From the NCBI GenBank assembly GCA_017499595.2, contig CM039010.1, positions 1,426,001 to 1,490,000 of the forward strand: a stretch of 64,000 bases of DNA. Direction: 5' to 3'. Source of the DNA: Psilocybe cubensis. Lineage: Eukaryota. Position numbers and translations under genes: made by a program. A model generated the notes under the pieces. The model was not told the DNA's origin and did no database searches. It saw nothing but the letters and a program-made list of their open reading frames with translations. Positions 12,513 through 24,452 of the stretch are shown piece after piece (position 1 is the stretch's first letter; each line of letters starts with the position of its first letter).

Positions 12513-15500
12513 ATGCCACAGGCGGCTAAGAAAGACAACCAGACACAACGAGCTCAGGATAAGGAGTCGAAGAGAGCTAGAGGTGCGAGCATTGAACCGA
12601 TTAGTCAATCGGCTCAGCTGAACGCGAGTTGCAGGAGCCTTGTCGTGCGCGGAATGTAGACGGTAAGTCAATGTGCAAGCTTTATATAACCCACAACGAT
12701 GGTTTCGTTGCTGGCAAGGGCGCATACATTTTCAAATTCTGCTAATAAATGATGCCGCCTCCCGATCGCGGGTCCCATTGGTTTGCTTGCGTGCAAGAGC
12801 AAAAGCTGACTGCTCGGCCCCCTATATTCCTAGGTTGAAGTTAAAATGCGACAAAACTGTTCCATGCTCAAGGTGTGTAGCAATCCTTGTCTACTTGATT
12901 GAACCAGGCTCACAGCATTTCGTCTCGTTAGCTGTAAACGAAGGGGCTGCTCAGCGATTTGTCCAAATGGCAGTCTTATCACTGGTCAAGGAACCAGGTG
13001 AGTAGCATACAATCCCCCCTCTGGTTGCATTGACGAGTTTTTTCAGGTTCGTATTGGCCGATACCGAGACCTTGCACCAGAAAATAGCCCAAATGTCCGA
13101 CCGTATCCGTCAACTCGAGGACGCGCTTGCTATCTTACAATCCACGGTTGCAGGACCTGGTGGAGAACCGCATCCACTTTTACATCGCGATCTACTCAAA
13201 ATCAAGTCATCTATTGAGTTACACTCCGCATCTGGGGCCGCAGGGGAAGATCCGCCAGCGCAGGACGGTGCAGAAGAGGATGAGGACGGCAATGCCGAAT
13301 ACATTGATGCATTTGGAACCTTGGCCATTCGGGATGATGGGGCAGCAACGTTCTATGGCCGGTCAGCAGGCTCGGAAGTACGTTTCATTTCTTTTTTCAT
13401 TGGTCCCACTGGCTCGACGTTTTTCTACAACCAAACCAACGTTTTGACTTTTACTTCTGTAAACAGTCCCTATTGCTTGTGAGTACGCCTTTTTATCTCC
13501 TGATACATAGCTCATCGATTTATAGGGCGAGATTTCATCAGAGGCGTCTTCAACACATCCCACTTCTCCCAGCGACCGCGATCTTTCACCTCCTCTCAGA
13601 CATCTATCTGCTGCCCCATCATACTCGGACTTTTCTGTCGCTTCCTCATCTCCGCATCAACATTTTGCGAATAGGTATCCCCAACAGCCATACAATCCTG
13701 ACGGCTCCCTTCCGAATGCGATAACGTCATTTGCATCTGGATTTCCCCTCGCCCCCTCTCTTTCCGCTGGTAGTTCCTCAGCGGCATCGGTAATGTCATC
13801 GCCATCATCATTTGGCCCTTCTTCCCTCACACCGTTTACCCATTCCCAAAAGCACACCCTCACGTTACAAGATTTGACATCTCAATACCTTCCTCCATTT
13901 GTCGATGCTTTGAGACTGGTAAACCTCTATCTAGAGCAAGCACCTTGGTTCTTCGGTGCTGTCACGCAGAGGCAAATCGAACAAGAACTTATGCCACTAT
14001 GGTATGAAGAGGCAGCTTCCGCCGTCCCATCGACCTCTACTCCTCCCGCAGGTGGTTTGGTAGTACAAACCAGCCCCGGAAGCGGCGTAAGCACGCCTCC
14101 TACGCCACGGACGGGAACATCTCACGACCTCGCCCTTTTGTTCATCGTATTTTGCTTCGGTGCATTGACGGACATCAACCTTCCTTCGCCTCCTGATAAT
14201 GCCCCAGCTGAGAAATATTATCAGCTTACAAAAGTCGCCCTTACGTTAGATCCTGCGGCCCCTAATGGCGTTCCTGGTACATCATCTAGTTTGTGGACAG
14301 AATACGCCGATCTAACTACTTTTTCCTTGTGGTGTTCTTTGGCGCAGATCCTAAATCTACTCGGAATGGAATACTGGAACGCCCACCATCAGTGGCGACA
14401 GTGCAAACCCTCAGTTTGATGGCAATTTACGAGGGAATGTGTAGCGGTGAAAACAGTATCGAGACTACATGGGCACTCATGGGATTGGCTTGCAAATTAT
14501 CTCAGAGCGTATGTGTTAAAACCAATTTGGTGCTTTTAGTACTGACAAGGAACGCTCTACTAGATCGGCTTGCGTTCGTATCGGTTTTTATTTCAAACGA
14601 GTTCACGCTGAACTAAAACAACACTATTACAGACCGTGATTGTGCACGATGGAAGCTGACTCCAGCAGAAGTTCAAAAGCGCAGAGCCTTGTTCTGGGAG
14701 CTTTTTATCACAGATTGTTGGCAGGTATGGCAGGTTTCAAAATCGAGCATACCAATTTAGCTGACATTTCCAATTTCTAGAGCTTGGCCACTGGACGACT
14801 GGCAACATTTTCTCTCCCATTCGTTGATTGCGAACTTCCTGCTGATCCAGACCAAACAATTGCAGAAGATGGTTCTGTTCAGCCTAGCTGTAAGACCTCG
14901 ACATTTTACATTTTATGTGTCAACCCGTTGATTTGCATTTGACAGTTCCTTATTGGAAAGCTCGTTTCGGCGCCGAATGTGTTTCCGCTGTCGTACAAGG
15001 CACTCTCACGTCTCGTGCTCCTAAATACTCTATTATCCTGGATTTGGATCGCAAAGTTCGTGATATGGACCTGCCAGCTTATGCTCAAGGCCCGCCGCCA
15101 CAGGGTCTTGGGCTGGCTCAGACAATGTCACACTTCATGCCCCAGAATTACCGTGAATTGAGTAGGTTTTTTTATTTGGATTTTATTTGAATAGCAAGGC
15201 TTCTAGTGTCTCATCATTATCTCTACTGTTTAGCTTTGCTTTATATCCATCGCTGCTTCTTCGCCCATGCCATCTCCAGTAATCCTTTGGATCCGATCAA
15301 GAGTCAATATGCTCCTTCGTTCTTGGCTGGATATCGTAGTGCTTGCACCATCATCGCTTCAGTTAAGCTACAATTTTCGATGTTCCCTGCCCAGATTGCA
15401 CGATTTTGGGTGCTATGGACTCATGCATTTTCTGCTTCGGTAAGGCAATGTCATTCTTACCATTCATGTATTCATACTTACACGGTCTTTAGGTGATGTT

Positions 15501-17376
15501 GGCCTCAGTGGCGACTCATAGCTCAAGATCGAAGATAGCACTGGCCGCATTGCTGGAGTTAAAGACCGCATGTGAGCTCTTCGAAAGTGCGGCTAGCTAT
15601 GGCGGAAGGGCGGTGAAATTCCTTGTACGTTTTTTTTTTTTACAAATGTTATGTTAAGTATTTTACTGACTAAGAATTGATTTGATACACCAGCCTATCC
15701 TTAAACGTTTGCAAGGCAAGGCTCAGACAGCCTGCCGCAACGCCAATAGCGGTGTTCCTGCCCCGATTCCTAATGATATATTCAAACCGTCACAAACCAA
15801 CGAACCGAAGGATGAATTGTCAATATTCAGTGGCAAGACGCACACTTTAAGCACAAAAGCAACACCAACTGGAGGAACATCTGCGCAAACCTCATCCACT
15901 GCATCTGGACACAGCGCTCCTCCGAGGGCGTCCTCCAAGTCATCTCGTGCATCCAGCGATTCTCCGAAGGCGATCGCGGAGTATCCATCGTTTGCTAATG
16001 TCCATCCAAGCTTGGTTTCTGAGCTCAGTGTGTTCCACGGACACATCAAGACGCAGATACAGAATGCCTATCAGAATGGCAACGACCTGTTCAGTGGTAG
16101 TGTTCCGATGGTGGTCGATGCTCCGCCCCGCGTTCCTGCACCACAGCCAAAGATATCACCTCAGCCACCACAACCACAGTACCCAGCGCAGGTGCACCCA
16201 CCACAGGCTCAATACCTACATCAGCAACAGACTATGTATCATGCGCAAATGAAGCAGGAACAGTTCGAGAGGCAGGAAGAAGAGAGGATACACATGGAGA
16301 GAATGGAGCAAGAAAGACGCGAGATGGAGCGAAGGGAGATGGAGAGACGCGAGATGGAGAGAAGGGAAATGGAGAGGCGCGAGATGGAGCAGCGCGAACT
16401 AGAGCGACAGGAAATGGAGAGGCAGCAACAGATGAAGCAACAAATCGATCTTCAGCGACGAGAGAGTCATCACTATGAAGTTCAAAGACAACAACAACTT
16501 CAGCAGGAAGCCCTTCATCGCCAGCAGCATAGTCAACAATATGACATGCGACACCAGCAAAGACCGGAAGAACTTCGCCAATTAGAGGAGGTCCAGCAGC
16601 ATCAACCGCATCAAGCGCCTCAATATCACTCACAAACGTATGAAGCCACACCCCCACACAGTTCATACGGGGCCATGCCGCCTGCTCCTTCATCCTCTCA
16701 TTCTCAACCTAGACGATCTATTGTAGATCATAATCCATACCGGTCGCAGCAGCAGCCACAACAACACTACCAAACCATAAATCATCATCCTCCTCCTTTA
16801 CCCCCTCACACCGTTCCTTCCCAACACCACCAGCAACCTCCTCAACATCTTGTCCAATCGCAGCATACTGGTCAGCACGAGCCGCCACATCAACAGCAAC
16901 ACACAATGTACAATGCTCCTCCTTCCTCTCATCATCCTAGTCCGGAGGGCATGTCGTCGTCGTCGTCAGTAGGCTACAGCCCGCCAACAGCAACATACTC
17001 TTCGGCACCGGCACCGGCACCAGCCCAACTACATATGCAACCGCAGGCCCCGCCTACCGGATCGTACACTCAGGAATCATCGCCTGCATACGTCCCGGAA
17101 ACGTACACATACTGGCCCGCGGCTTCCTCGTCCTTCGCTATGCCCGACCAGCGGTCGACAGGTCCTGGGTACACTGTTGGACCGGCGCATGCGCATCACC
17201 AACAATATACGCCAGAAAATGCGCTTCGAGGAATCGCTGCTGATGATCGAGGGCTGCAGGAGACATGGCAATCCTACATGAATAAGGTACGTGACCCCTA
17301 TTTAGGACTTTGCTATCAATGGACTCACTTTCGCGGGTTTCAGGTTGGAACGCCTCGTCAGTTTTTTGAAGATTAG
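12513..17376 (+). CDS. Zn(II)2Cys6 fungal transcription factor with fungal-specific TF middle domain and Q/P/H-rich C-terminus, multi-exon
   Basis: Spliced N-terminus GALSCAECRRLKLKCDKTVPCSSCKRRGCSAICPNG, coiled coil LHQKIAQMSDRIRQLEDAL, motif EVQKRRALFWELF..D.WQSLATGR. Confidence 0.9.
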
Positions 17377-17666
17377 TCGTCATCACACGCTTTTGCATCA
17401 TCGGGCGTTAAATCTATATATCATCTATTCCAATCTAATAGCATTTTGTGCGTCGTCATTTGTCAGGTTGATATAATATGTGTCACATTAGCGTTGTCCC
17501 CCGTCTGTCTCTTGAAACAACAAATATCTTGTCGACTTGTTTTCATGTTTTTATTCTTTTCGTTCTCCTCGTACATACCCTACCATCGATTAATCAGTGT
17601 ATAAGAAATAGATATGTATAACAAATCATTCCAATCGCGGATGATCAGAAACGCGCTGATGTCTAA

Positions 17667-20050
17667 CTACAATCCTTTGCAAAGCAGTTTACCTCTTCCT
17701 ACTTGCGCTTTACACAGTTCAATCTCCGTAGGCACCGCCAGAATAGAGGCGAGGAGTATGCCTGTGCCATCCGAAAATCCGATGGACCCAATCTTGAACT
17801 CGCGTTCTTGACGAGTTTGTTCAATGTCGTTGTTGGTCGTAGGGTCAGGCGGTTCGTGGTTAATACGGTAAAAGACGTTGACACTAATAAAAAGTGAAAA
17901 AAATTTAGCAAAATAAGTTTGGCAAATGATGTAAGAGTTGGAAGAAAGAAGGGAATGAAGTGTACGTACTAGGCCAAACCTCCGCATATACCTTCTAAAC
18001 TAACGAGGAGGAACACCAAGAACACACTCATAGACTCCCGCTCATCGCCAAAGAACCCAACCGCGGATTCATATCCCAAGAGAAGTAGAAGTATGAACTG
18101 GATGATAGCCGGCAGAGGCAAGAGCTGAGTCGGAAGAGCTGGCAGTCCGAGCGATATTGAAGATCGTGAGAGGAATACGGTTGCTTGGTATACGAGCTAA
18201 TGTGGTTACAGATAAGAGATCCACAGATGGAGCAGAGACAAATTGGACGATGAATCAAGGTGAAAATAAACGACAGTGACTGACCTGCCAAAGTGGGTAG
18301 TAATCTCGGACGGAATGAATGATTTTACTCAGGAGCCAATGTCCCTCGCTGGTAGGGACAGGATAAAGCAGGGTTGGGCTTATACCCTGAATACGGAGAA
18401 AAGGAGGAGATAAGGATGTTGTGTCAATTGGACATGCCAGTCAAGTCGTACCTGGTTGATTGTATACTCAAACTTTACGGTCATCGTCTATGAGTTCAAG
18501 CACACGGTTGTTAGGGAAGCTACGCACGAGGTATACACAGACTGAACCGAGGAAGAAATCAGTGCGTCACGTATTAGAACGTAGTCCATAGTAAAAAAAA
18601 CGTACAGAGCGGAAGCATGTATTTGGTCAGAAGGGGTTTTGCTAATCGCCATTTGTCACTGGCCGATAGAGCGATGCCTCGCTTGGGGCCTGAAGGTAAG
18701 GTTCCTTCTTCCTCTCCATCTTCGTCTTCAGCAGTAGCTAGAGGAGTGTACGGAAGTGTGGAAATGGCTGGCGCAGAAGGATCCATCGTATCTTCGAACG
18801 CGGGAGTGACAGCATATAGGAACATTGATGGATTTGGGAGAAGGAAAAAGTAGGTGATGGGTATTATGCATGGCATTACCTACACGGGCCATAAGGTGAG
18901 TGTGACGAAGATAGTGGCGGCTACACCTACCGATGACAGACCAACTCCAGTCCGCACCCCTAGACCTCTTAGTTCCCACCAAAGGAAGGCGCCAACTAAC
19001 CCTGCTGCTCCAGTACCAGATGCGAAGTATCTAGACGTCCAGATCAGAACATATTTATTAGACGACAGGAGGAAAGAGTGCAACTTGCCCTACGCTATGG
19101 CCAGCTACAGGTGGAGGTGCATATGTCGTTGATAATTGAAGAAAGGTTAATTCTCCCAGACCTGTGGTCAAAAATTAGCCGTTGAGCTCGGAAGGTGAGG
19201 AATAGGATAGGGGGGTCAGAGCTGGAAGTTTTGACTCCTTTGGAAAACAGATTGGGCGTTAGGAGCAATAGCCTATTCCTAACACTCTTTCGGATGCTAG
19301 ACGCCCCTGAACTTGGGATCATAGTCGTTGAACCCACTAGGACGAATTGCCACCTCCTGGAGGTTTTGGTTGACGAGTGTTTCCAACTGAGAGGCCATCA
19401 AATCCACCAATCGTTGATGAAGTCACTACTTCGCCCCCTTCCTCTTTCTGATAAAGTTTACTACCTGAGGAAAATGAGGCCAATCCAATTCCCAGCAAAC
19501 GCATGTATAGGCTGTCAAAAAGCGCAACGACCTGATATGTGACATCATTGGGAACGATATGGGCCCCATGTGTCACAGGACTCACCAACATACCCAAAGT
19601 ACTCAACAAGCAGCATCCAAGCAGGCGTTTCGTGTAGCGGATCCGACCTTTGAGGAGATATGGCCAGCTGATTTTGGCGAAAAGTGAAGGAGCGATATTG
19701 CAAAATGCGATTATTCCCTTGGGTGTCGCAGGAGGGACAAGGTCTAACGCCGCAGATAGTATTATAACGTAGAGTACTGTGAAAACGTCAGAAAGAACAA
19801 ATGGATAGTTGTACAGGACAAACCGTTGTTTATCAGGCCAAATAGGAAAAATGAAAAACCAAGCTTTCTCAAGAGTGTTCGTTCTCGTCCTTCAAGAAGT
19901 TTAGCAGTGACTGGTCTGGAGAACTGATTGACAAAAGCCACCTTTATCTTGATTCTCTTCTCCCCGATCTTCTTCGTCGGACTCAGGCTCTTCCCTCGTT
20001 ATGATGGTGGCCAATGAACCAGACCCGAATGGCGGATGGTTTGGAGGCAT
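17667..20050 (-). CDS. BTN1: Battenin / CLN3-family vacuolar membrane protein
   Basis: Spliced motifs FFLFGLINNVLYVIILSAALDLVP, GLASFSSGLGELTFLQL, YFASGTGAAGLVGA, FEYTINQG, LVYQATVFLSRSS, EGICGGLAYVNVF, EREF. Confidence 0.93.
19162..19464 (-). other. Unusually long (303 nt), self-complementary intron of BTN1; candidate structured RNA
   Basis: Boundaries fixed by the conserved FSSG|LGELTF junction. Nested inverted complementarities are visible (see findings). Confidence 0.6.
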
Positions 20051-20977
20051 GCTTCCGACTACTGATGAGGTTTCAGTTGAAGGGGGATATGAATGAGCCA
20101 GATTTTGAATTTAAGTTTTATGGAATACACATCAGAGTAATACCGAAAAGATGAGAGCTCCGCAACGGTGATAATGGTCGTTGACTCTTAAGAATGTAGA
20201 ACACAGATGTTGAGCAACATGCATGGGGTTCGTGGGAATCACAAACACGTGCCGTTTTGATGGTATGACTTAACAGTTTTAAAGGAACCCCCGAAGGTGT
20301 CTGAAGTCTCAAATTCTCTGGATGATAGATATGTTGCTACTGCATTTTGAATATATTCCGCTATATCTATTAGAACTATATTTTTGTTTTTAAAATGTTT
20401 AAATCTTGTTTCAAACCTCGGTAACTTGAGGGAAATTTTGTAAATAATTTCCATACATTTGAGCCGACCAATTACTCTTCAACTCAAGTACGACTGTGTG
20501 AATGGTCAGTCACAGAGATACTTTGCACATTCCTAGGTCTAAAAGTTAGAGTACAATAGGAAAAATGTATAGGGTAGAATTTATCGTACAGGACGAACAA
20601 AAGACATTATATGGAGAGATGAATATGCTCTTGCATAACCAACTTCGGCATAGATGCACATGTACTCCCAGTTTCTTTTGAAAGCGGCAATAGCTTCATC
20701 AAAATTGAGCTCTTGATGCTTTGCTCTGAGCTTGTCGACCAAGTCATCATTCCACTTTGCATGTAAGCGCCTATATATTTCAGTTCATACAAGGCTGTGG
20801 TACTTATCAGGAATTAGTAAGACACTACCTCTTCCAGTCTCACAGAGTGCGGGGGTAATCTACGCATTTCAAGTGAGAAAATTTACACCAATAGTAGTAA
20901 ATACCTACGTGTTCCGTAATCTACAGCACTTTCCAGGCAAAGTCTGCCACTCGTCGCCGATGTCGCAATGGAAATGA

Positions 20978-21754
20978 AAGTCTCCGTCCAACACAATATT
21001 GATCCAGTCCTAGCATTTTATTCGGTCAAACTATTTTTCTTTGCTGAACGTCAAATGCGGCCACCCTAATATCATAAATATACAGATTGCTATAATAAAC
21101 GGTGCAAGTTGCCTGGGACGTTTGAGCTCAAACTATCTAGCAGACCTTTATGGACCTTTCAACGTGTTTATAACCGTCATGGTATGCACTGCGGCAACAA
21201 TATTTTCAGTGCTTGGAGTGTAAGTACATTTGTTCTACCACTGTCAGGATGTATATGACCTTAATAGTGTAGTCGGTCATCAGCAACACTGATAGTAGTC
21301 AGCGTTATGTACAGATTTTTCTCAGGCGCCTGTCAGTATATTTTCTCTAGCTCATGAGGTCCGTTGAACTGTTTATATTTTGAACTTCCAGGGCTCTCGG
21401 TGTCTATGGCTGCGTTAGCATCGCTTTCTCGAAGCCCTCAGGAGGTTGGGTGAGTGCACCTCTTTCACTAATTAAAGACACTGACGCTAAATAAACCCAG
21501 AGCGCGTATTGGGTTGGCTCTCGCTCTAAGTAGTGCCGCTGGGTCTCTTGTATCCACCCCTATCCAAGGTGCCTTACTGGGTAGTGAATTCCGTTGGAGC
21601 AGGCCTGCCATCTTCTCGGGGGTACGTTCATATATTCTTAAGGGTGCTGATAGTAGATATAATGGTTCTTCAGGTGTTCATGTTGATTTCAGTGGCGTTT
21701 AACTTGGTGACACGGGTTCTCCTGGCCAAAGAGCGAGGAACACAGAAGGTGTAA
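20978..21754 (+). pseudogene. C-terminal half of an MFS monocarboxylate-permease (MCH-like) transporter; 5' half not found
   Basis: Exons encode IAIINGASCLGRLSSNYLADLYGPFN, EVGARIG, TPIQGALLG, W..PAIFSG. No upstream N-terminal TM exons were seen. Confidence 0.7.
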
Positions 21755-22435
21755 ATAAATATTTGAAGAGTGGTGTTGGATCTGAATGCCATCGACCTTT
21801 TTTTTTTGAGTCTTTGTTGCTATTATTTCTCAATTGAAGCCATGCAATCGCTTGAAAAAATGATTCATTTGCATGCTTAGTACACGAGTGTGCGCTTAAT
21901 ACTGCAAAGGGTTAAATAATTTGTCGCGATTTATGTGAAATTTATTTCCGGTTACCTTCCAAATATAGTAATTAATTCAATATCCTTCACGTATTTAGCC
22001 AAAACGCAAATAAGTTTTCCATACTTTGCCATAAATTATTTAACACTGCATGTGGTGAGTAATCAATCTTGGTCTGAATTGACACGGGTGAAATTTTGAA
22101 TACTATACGTCTCCTTCGTAGACGTGTCAAAGAGTTTCGCATCACCAACTGAATGACCGCCATTGAACTGATAGGCTTGCTTGACCAATAGCTCATTTGA
22201 AGGATATGAAGAGATTTGAAGCAAAATTTAAGTGACGTTCGATTGAACTTTTAGGGGGCTGTCACACCAGCGTGTGAAATGTGACATGTTATCATCACCC
22301 TCGAATGTTCATTCAAAGCCCAGAATATCCCAACGCTAAACAAGAAGTACTAACCCAATTCAGAGTTCCTTTCCTTCAAACGCCTCTCATTAGCGAACGA
22401 CACTCCTATTCCCAAGAATAGTTCCTTACTCCAAT

Positions 22436-24167
22436 ATGGTCCGTGGTCGTCCAACGCGAGGAGGAAGCGCAAGAAAATCCAAAAATCAGAAGACCGAAAC
22501 CGTGACGGATGAGAAATTCGCCAGTTTGAAGCCGTTTGGATCATTTGTCGGTAAGAATCGCTGCATTCATGTGGTTTTAGTATTTGTATCCTGATTAATC
22601 TTAATACGTACTTCTTTTCTATGCACATCTGTTTTCATTCGGACGAACGTTTTCAGTGTCAGATCCAGAAACTAATGAAGGCCACAAATTCAAGAAGGAG
22701 GATAAGTGAGTATAATGTCGATAGACTCAACTGGCCTTACATTATCCTTCCAGCGTCGCCATTCTACCACATGGACGCGATCCAGGTAACCATATTGAAG
22801 ACGAAGAGTACTGGATTGCCAAAATCAAGGACATACGCGCGGAATTACACGAGGATGGTTCAAATACGGTGCGACCTTGACTATGTTAGACACAATGAGG
22901 ATTTTCTTACCCTACTTGATCGCTGATAGGTATGGGCACGAGTTCAGTGGTTTTACTCTGCCGACGATGTGGCGAGTGTTATAAAATCATTGTGCGCAAT
23001 AATGCTTGTCTTGACGATTTTTTGTGTTCTAACTAAACATTACAATGCCCCTCCAGTGACAAATCTACCATCGGAAAATATGAAAAGATATTCTCGGACC
23101 ATTATGACTATGTCGGGCCAGAATCATTCAATGGTATGCTTCGTTCCCTCTTGTAGTTGTATGCTAGCCAACGCGCACCTTCAGCTATCATTCCTATGGC
23201 CAAGTTTTACGAAAATGATCCTGAGCCGCCGTATATTCCCTGGGACAAGTTCTATCGGCGGTATACTTTTGAATATAAAGCAAGGATGCTCAAGGTATTA
23301 TTGGCATACTCCTTGCTTATCAGATATTTCAGTCACTTGATCCTGATTTATTAGCCGAAACCGGGTTCGTCCTCATGTATGTGCAAGCAACCATACAATC
23401 CCAACGACACAAGTCGCACCAGCCTTATGCACTTTTGTCCTCGTCCATCATGTCGTAGAGCCTACCACCATAGATGCCTACTAGCCTCGAAATCTAAGGA
23501 AAGCGCAACCACCTTCGTATCAGGAAACTCTTCTCAGGCTACAGTTTCCGATATTCCGAAAAAGAGAAAACGTGGTGAACGCGGCTCCCTTCTCTCAGAC
23601 AGCACCAAATCGACTCCCGATTATTCGGAAGGGAATCTTACTCCAAGCAACCCCATATTTAGTCGCTCGTTCCGCCTGCTCTCCTGCTCTCCCGATACAG
23701 ACGAAACCATAAATCTTCAATCTCTCATCCCACTGACTGTTCAGAGCCCCACCGAGTTAAACGAAGCGGAAGAGATCGTCATTTCACGACCTGCTATGAA
23801 AAAGAGAAAAGGTCGTCGCTCTGTTATCAAGAATCATGTCCCCTCGGCACCTCCCCGTCGGCCAAAACAGACGATCGTTGAAGCCCTCGGATCTGTCCCT
23901 TTTGAACTGTTACACATTGCTGAGCAACCACTTGTTCGTGGCGCAGCGTTTGCGAATGGTGGTATTTCGGGCAACATCGCATTTGTGACTCGCGCTCGTA
24001 GACTTCTGTATAAATTGCTGCAAGGTGAACCTATGCCCGAACGTTGGGAAGATGAAATCTTTGTCCAGGGTGAAGGCGCTGATTTAACAAATGCAATTGT
24101 GAAGATTGGGGCTTCACAACGACCTTTCCCTCCTTTTGTGTGTCCGAATTGCAAGAGTGCGATCTGA
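22436..24167 (+). CDS. BAH-domain protein with a (split) PHD-type zinc finger
   Basis: Spliced YWIAKIKDIRA..VWARVQWFYS..YEKIFSDHYDYV (BAH), then CMCKQPYNP..CPRPSCRRAYHHRC and terminal CPNC. Confidence 0.85.
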
Positions 24168-24452
24168 CCAGATGTGGTATTTCATCCCATTTTATTATCA
24201 TTCCTTGTGCAAGATATTCTTTTTGCTTCGACAACGTCTTGACATATCATCGATACCAAGTCTTCATTCATCATATTCATGCCCATCTCAACATTGTCCG
24301 AGTGCTCGCATGAGAGCGAGTCGTGTTTTCACAATTATTACCTATAGTGCTATATTTTACACTTGTACATAAACTATACAACTATATTTCAAATTTCTTA
24401 CTTGATGTGATGATCCAAAACAAACAGTTCTGAGAATGTTGGTAGCTGAGAA

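Noticed and set aside
19162-19464. Assigning the BTN1 intron to TPP riboswitch, SRP, RNase P/MRP, U3/U14 or hammerhead
   Set aside because: On the transcribed strand I found no CUGAGA/CUUGAU TPP core, helix-8 GNRA motif, CR-I/CR-V pair, canonical box C with an rRNA guide, or CUGANGA..GAAA core. Checked by eye only.
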